Positions 57,631 to 64,000 of a DNA stretch of 64,000 nt are shown one piece after another. The stretch's first letter is position 1. Every line of letters starts with the position of its first letter. The stretch is from Takakia lepidozioides. Lineage: Eukaryota; Plantae; Bryophyta. Below the pieces are notes generated by a model that was not told the DNA's origin, did not search any database, and was given only the letters and a program-made list of their open reading frames with translations. The position numbers and the translations under genes are program-made. The stretch lies in NCBI GenBank assembly GCA_030704615.1, contig CM060733.1:63798001-63862000 (forward strand), written 5' to 3'.

Positions 57631-58039
57631 CAGCAAAATCCCAGTCGGCCACTACCGCTAGATAAAACCTCTTTAGGATTTTTTGTAGTAGACCAAGACT
57701 CCTCGAAAGCTCCTTGAATTGAATTCACACTAAAAAGTGGAAATTCCCTTCTGGGAAAAAAAAATCATTGCCGGCAGTTTGTTGTTTGTCGCGCTGCAGT
57801 GTCTGTTTTGCATGAATGAACTAAAACACAGGGGAACCCATGCTTGATCCCTGTCACTGACATATCTGGGCATGAAAATGAAATTGTATCATGAGCATGT
57901 GTACCCCACGCCTCCAACGTCCTCATGAAATTGCATTGGAGCAACGTGAAAATTTTCTACCTGACATTTGCGAGACCGTTGTCAATCATGTCGTTGAAAA
58001 TATAACCCAGTGGGTAGTTTGTCGTTGAGGTCAAGCTCT

Positions 58040-58500
58040 CCTAACTTGCCTCTGCTTGAATAGCGATCGGACATTGAGGTGAGGAACAGGCAGACCATTG
58101 TCTGCAGTCATTTAATCGGCCCCTAGATGTTCGAACGGACGACTGGAATCGCACGCCTTCAACTGCTGCTCCTTGCAGGTCCTAGTCGTATAAACTCCTG
58201 GGCGCTTTGGCTTCATGGACGTTGCAAATTCTTCCATTTGCGGGCCATACCAGTAGCTATGTTGATATGTCGTTGTCATAGAGGGTTCCATTCAGCATGA
58301 CACAGTTTATACAATGTCACCATTTCAGACATGCCGGAGTGTACTTGCGATGATTTTGGGACCATGAAGAAAGCCCGAGGCGAGTACACACCTTGCAAGC
58401 ATCTGTACTACATATTCATGCGGCGGCTCCAATGTGATGCAGACTGGTATATGATTCATCAGCCGACCCTCACTTCATCAGAGGTTGCACAGCTCTGAAT
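58040..58500 (+). pseudogene. SWIM-domain C-terminus of diverged MULE transposase (copy 4)
   Basis: 'MPECTCDDFGTMKKARGEYTPCKHLYYIFMRRL...IHQPTLTSSEV' at 58331-58495. Confidence 0.85.
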
Positions 58501-59433
58501 TCGGGATCCGCATCCGAGTAGAGTCTGAGTCCAGCTAGGGTGGGATTTCGAAGGCTCATTTAAACTGTCCTTGCTAAGGTGCCTATGAAGACATGGTAAT
58601 CCTGCTTCCTATGAAATTTTTTGAATTCCCAGCGGAATTTGCAATTTCCGTTCTGACTTCTTTTCTTCTCACACTGATGGGCGACATCATGTTGGTAACG
58701 TTACTCTTCCTCCACTTGCATTTATGTGGCGACAAATGATCGGAAGATTCAATGACGCATTTTTCACTTAGTGCGGCGTTGGCGGATATCCGCGGAATGC
58801 TCTTCTAGAACATGTTTGAGCAATCTTATAGTTTCCGGCTTTTCTTTTTTCCTCGGCTTGCAGTTTTCGACATCTCTTTTATCCTCGTTTGTTGTTTGCA
58901 CGGAACTAATGGGCAAGACTATCCCAGAGATGTTTTCCAATTGTAATTTTGATTATAATTTTCAAATATTGCCCCTCCTTATTGGCAGTTCAGACTAAAT
59001 GCTTGACGTGCAAACTCCATTTAATATTTCAGTTACGTTTCAATTTTTGAGTAATGCCCACCTACATTGTCAGTTCCGCACGGAACAGTCTGCCTTACTT
59101 CTTTGTCAATTCGGCATGGAACTATTTGCCTACGTATCTTTGACAGTTCGGCATGGAACTTTCTGCCTCCACATCTTTAACAGTTTGGCATGGAACTTTC
59201 TATCTCCACACCTTAGACAGTTTGCCATGGAACTGTCTGCCTGGCCTTGAACCCTAAACTACAGTGTCCGATAGGGGGATGCACAGCCTATTGCCGTGGC
59301 ATTCACCACCCACCCACTCACCACCCACCCGCCTCTCCCGAACCTGTTCCGAGCCTAGAGAAGAATATTCTCCAAAATATTCTCCATACCCGAGCTTGCC
59401 CCGGACCAGCTGGTCACGGAACTAATGGGCAAG

Positions 59434-62400
59434 ACTGTCGAGGCAGTCCGCATCAGCATTTCCTGCCTGTCCGGCCCCAAGCCCCACTGTTTCCCTTTCA
59501 AGAACTCGTTGTACCTGCATTGCTGCATAATTGACCTCACAATGTCCTCCGTTGTGGCAGTGAGGATGTCCACCAGATGCGCCGCAGAGGAGGCACGCCA
59601 GGAAGAATGCACTCATTCGGCCATGTTTGTCGTGGGCATGTCGGTGTCGGAGTCGAGACACATTTCCTGCACAAGCACATGTTGAGGTTACAAGCAAGTT
59701 ACAAATAATGCCAAGAATAATATTCAACGGGACGCGAATTCGTGCAACTCACCTCCCGCATATAGTCGCCAAACTGGAGGAAACGATAATGCCACCATGC
59801 TAGCCAACTGACCATTGCTCCCTCGTCTGATTTCCTTATAGCACCTGACGATGTCCACCAAGCCCGTATACATGCAAACTGTGTCTCTGCATCATCCAAG
59901 GTGGGAGCGCGCTTCCACGTAAGACACATGGAAAGGTGCTCCTCTCTGAAATCTGGCGCCACGAGCTTGGTTGTGTACTGCGAAAGGCTCTGCAAAAAAT
60001 AGAACCCACAAGATCTCTCCTTGCCTTCCATGGGAACATTGGGGTCTTGCCCGTACACCCTTCGGATGGCAGCCCAATTTGCTTGTGCGTTGTCCGCCAT
60101 GAAACCACGGAAATTGGGAGGGGGCAATCCCGCCTTGGCCATCTGTTCGTTTATTCCCTGCCAAAGAAGCATCTCCGATTGTGTGTCCTCTCCTTTTATC
60201 TCACAAATAGCAATTGTCATAGCATCCTGCAGTGGGTGTCGTAGACATGTGCACCCATTGTCACCCACTGGTGATTTGTAATTCGCTTGATATGGTCGAA
60301 CATGACCCAACTGTTTGACAAGTCCCCACTCGTCATCCTGTTGACCAGTTCGACGCCGCTGCCAGGTCCACACGTGGACATTTTGAATAGGAAACAACGA
60401 TTTCCCTCAGTCCCTTGTCCTGGAAACCTACTTCCATGAATGTAGTCATATCCACATCGTCGCTTCACCTCCAGAATGGAGTGCATATCCGAGCCACGCC
60501 CAATTTTCTGTTTGCATGAGACAATGTGGTTTCGGACATTCGGTGAACATACGTGGGACACCGACTCCAGCAATGCCTCCATTTCCTTCTCATCGAGAGG
60601 AACTCTATCGGAGCCGTCTTCCGACATAATTCTGGCCAAGGCCATCTTATGGGGCTTGGAGCTGTATCTGTTTGGGTTTGGCACCCGGTCTCAACTTAAC
60701 CTCCTCTTGAACGAGCTGCTCTGCCTTGTGGGCAGCCTCCCGCGAGTTCCCCCTCGCCAATTTGTAACAATGAGAACCAACATGTATGCAAGCTCGGGTG
60801 AGGTTAGGAAAACGGTGCAACACATAGAACTGCTTGGCATTACAAACAGACATGCAGTGTGGTGGTTCTTTGCAATGCGCACACTAAAATGTGGAGTTCG
60901 GAACCTTCTCCTGAGCACGAAATGGTTGATGAGCTGTGCCTGTCCAATCGGTCTCGTTCCTGTGACCTCTGGATTTAAAATGGAAGCAAGTTGGGGAGAA
61001 ACACCGCAACGCGCCCGCACAAACAACGTAGCGCACCCGCACACCATCGAGCATCTTCATACTGGTGGTTTTGGTGACGCACCAAGGATGACCATCATGT
61101 TTTCTATCCATATCTGTCAACATTCCGGACGCCCTCGAGTAGTCCGTCCGAGGAGGGAACTCAAAGAAGATATTACCGTCGACGTCTGCGGGAAGGCATG
61201 TAACCGATTTAATTGCGATCTTGCTGTAGTCCAGCCCGGCCAGCTCCGAGCGGTGTCCCTCCATGTGAAGCCCTCGCGGAATTTCAAGAATAGATCGAAC
61301 TGCGGTGCTCGTGCTGGGAATATGACTCCCTCATCCACTGACGTCCATTGAGGACTTGCCTGATCTCCAGGACGACCTCGGAACTTCCATGACCTTGTCT
61401 GAGTCGGACAGGTTGTGAACAACCTGGTTCTCGCTCGTCTTCATGGATGGGTTCGGCTCTGGATTTACTTCGTTGCGGACTTCTCTCTTTGAGGTAGCCA
61501 CTCTCTGATTCGCGGATTGTTTCGTGGAAGGCGCCAGGATAGAAGGTGCATTTGGCGGGCAAATGAAGTCCCCAACAGCCCTGTATATGACGTTGTCCGA
61601 TGGTGGAACTCGCCATTCCTTGCCATCGCCGAAATCATCGTGGAGCACAACAATACTCTCGACAACAACGCCGTTTGAGTCCTTCGTTTCCTCCTCCAAA
61701 AAAACCGACCCTGGTTTCAGGTGGTATCGAACGCATAGATATTTCTCCATCACCCGGCAGATGTCCCCTCTGCACGGAAATGAAGCTCTATGCTCGTGAG
61801 GAGGGCAGTACACTGTAGCGCGCTCGGGTTTTCCGCCATGGGAGATGTGCACACAAGACTCCCAGGATGGCGTGCGGGCAAGCTCCTTGGTAGAAGGGGG
61901 ATGCAGCGATGGGAAGGAATGCGGTGCCGATTTGTCCGAGCGACGAAGCCTGATCCAAATCCAGGGAGCCAACTATCTCAAAAATCCACAGTCAGAGTGT
62001 TAATGAACCTTGTCTCAGGAATGCGGCCCTTGGTCTTTGCGCAATAACTGCCAACGGTATGCAGTCAGAAAGTGGGGGGCCGTCCGGATGATGTCGGCTG
62101 AAGGGGAGAAGCCGGCACCGTGCTGTCACATTAACTACCCACTACCCACCGGATGAAAATTCGGCACCGAATATCCAGCAGGGGCCACACGTATGAAGTC
62201 GCCTCGGGCAGAGAGGCCGGAACCTGTCCGACAGAGAACAACCCCCGGATGGAAATTCAGCGACGAATTTCCATTCGGATCCCCCCAAAGGAAGTCGTGT
62301 CGGGGGGTCAGGCCGAAAACTGGCCGACATAAAAACCTCCCCGGATGGAAAAAAACGGCGCCGAATTTCATCCGAGGCCATTCGGATGCAGTCAGCTCGG

Positions 62401-64000
62401 GGGAAAGGCCGCCACCTGGCCCTCACATTACAACCCCCGGACGGAACTTCGGCACCGTATATCCAACAGGGGAAGCCCGGATGAAGTTGCCTCGGGCGTA
62501 GAGGCCGGCGCTAGTTCGACAGAGAGCATCCCCTAGATGGAGATTCGGCGCCGAATTTCCATCCGGGGCCATTCGGATGCAGTCGGGGAGGGGGGAGAGG
62601 CTGGCATCAGGCCGTCACATTTCAACCCCCGGACGGAAATTCGGCACCGAATATCCAACAGGGGACGCCCGGACGAAGTCGCTCGGGCGGAGAGGCCGGC
62701 ACCTGTCCGACAGAGACCATCCCTCGGATGGAAATTCGGCGCCGAATTCCATCCGGGCCCCCTCAAAGGAAGTCCGGTCGGGTGGTGAGGCCCAAAACTG
62801 GACGATTTAAAAACCTCCCAGGATGGAAAAACGACGAAGAATTTCCGTGCGGGGCAGTTCGGATGCAGTCGGGGAGGGGGGAGAGGCCGGCACCTGGCTG
62901 TCACATTTCACCCACCCCCTACGGAAATTCGGCACCGAATATCCACAGGGGACGCCCGGACGAAGTCGCCTCGGGCGTAGAGGCCGGCACCTGTCCGACA
63001 GAGACCATCCCCCGGATGGAAATTCGCCGCCGAATTTCCATCCGGGCCCCCTCAAAGGAAGTCCGGTCGGGTGGTGAGGCCCCAAACTGGACGATATAAA
63101 ACCCTCCCATGGAAAAAACGGCGCCGAATTTCCAATCCGAGGCCGTTCGGATTTCCCTCTAGCAGTCAAGGATTCCATGAAAAAACGGTCTAAAAGTGGA
63201 CTTCAGCCACAAAACTAACAGTTTAGTTTGTTTTTCACCGAAAACCAAGCGGCCACGCTCAGAATTACCTGCAGGAAGTAATTCGGCGCTTCAACTTACC
63301 TGGCGAATGGAAATTCGGCGCCGGATTTCATCCATCCGGGCTTTCGAATTACCTGCATGATGGAAATTCGGCGTCGAATTTCCATCCTGATCCGCTCGAA
63401 TTCCCTTCATGAACGGAAATTTTTGCGCACCGCCCTACTTGCCGGATGGAAATTCGGAGCCAAATTTCCATCCATCCGCTCGCCCCCGAATACCTGCGTG
63501 GCGGAAATTTTGCGCGCCGCCCTACCTGACAGGATGGCGCCGGATTTCCATCCATCCGGCTCCGAATACCACCAACCGCGTGGCGGAAATTTTCGCGCGA
63601 GCCGCCCTAACCTGGCAGGATGGAAATCCGGGCGCCGGATTTCATCCATCCGCTCCGAATTTACCTGCGTGGCGGAAATTTCGCCCGCGCCGCCCTGCCT
63701 GACAGGATGGAAATCCGGCGCCGGATTCCATCCATCCGGCTCCGAATTACATACCTGCGTGGGCGGAAATTTCGCGTGCCGCCCTACCTGGGCAGGATGG
63801 AAATCCGGCGCCAAATTTCCATCCATCTGCTCTCCGACCAACCTGGCGTTGAAATCCGGCGCCGGATTTCCATCCATCCGCTACGAATACCTGCGTGGCG
63901 GAAATTTTTCGCTCGCCGCCCCTACTTGGCTGGATGGAAATCCGGCGACGGAAATTTTCGCACGACCCCCTACCCGGCAGGATGGAAATTCGGGCGCTGA
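59434..64000 (-). mobile_element. MULE copy 3: 3'-truncated transposase (61839 down to 59434) plus palindrome array running off the window
   Basis: Near-identical to the reverse complement of 39900-42520. Palindromic repeats at 62140-64000. Confidence 0.92.

Noticed and set aside
63240-64000. Apparently novel divergent repeat units at the window end
   Set aside because: This is an indel-rich version of the 53-bp array. It may reflect low consensus quality, so details were not interpreted.

Overview
Repeat-dominated eukaryotic DNA from a seed-free land plant, probably a bryophyte (inferred from GT-AG introns, a PLS-type PPR remnant and moss-like Gypsy elements). The window is a transposon nest containing: two copies of one chromodomain Ty3/Gypsy family; two other Gypsy remnants and two solo LTRs; a head-to-tail LINE array inside intron 1 of a BAP31-like host gene; a tRNA-derived SINE; a hAT MITE; a CACTA end; a ~180-bp satellite; and four copies or fragments of a Mutator-like (MULE) DDE+SWIM transposon. 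The main finding is the structurally complete 13-kb MULE at 31505-44496 (9-bp TSD). Divergent from its transposase it carries a spliced cargo gene encoding a ParB/Srx-like domain and a bacterial-type N4C/N6A DNA-methyltransferase-like domain. Its non-coding DNA is packed with a 22-30-bp palindrome (GGAAATTCGGCGCCGAATTTCC), partly at 53-bp spacing. This suggests a transposon-encoded ParB/parS-like self-marking or anti-silencing system. That function is a hypothesis, and this copy carries frameshifts and appears to lack the catalytic DPPY-type motif.
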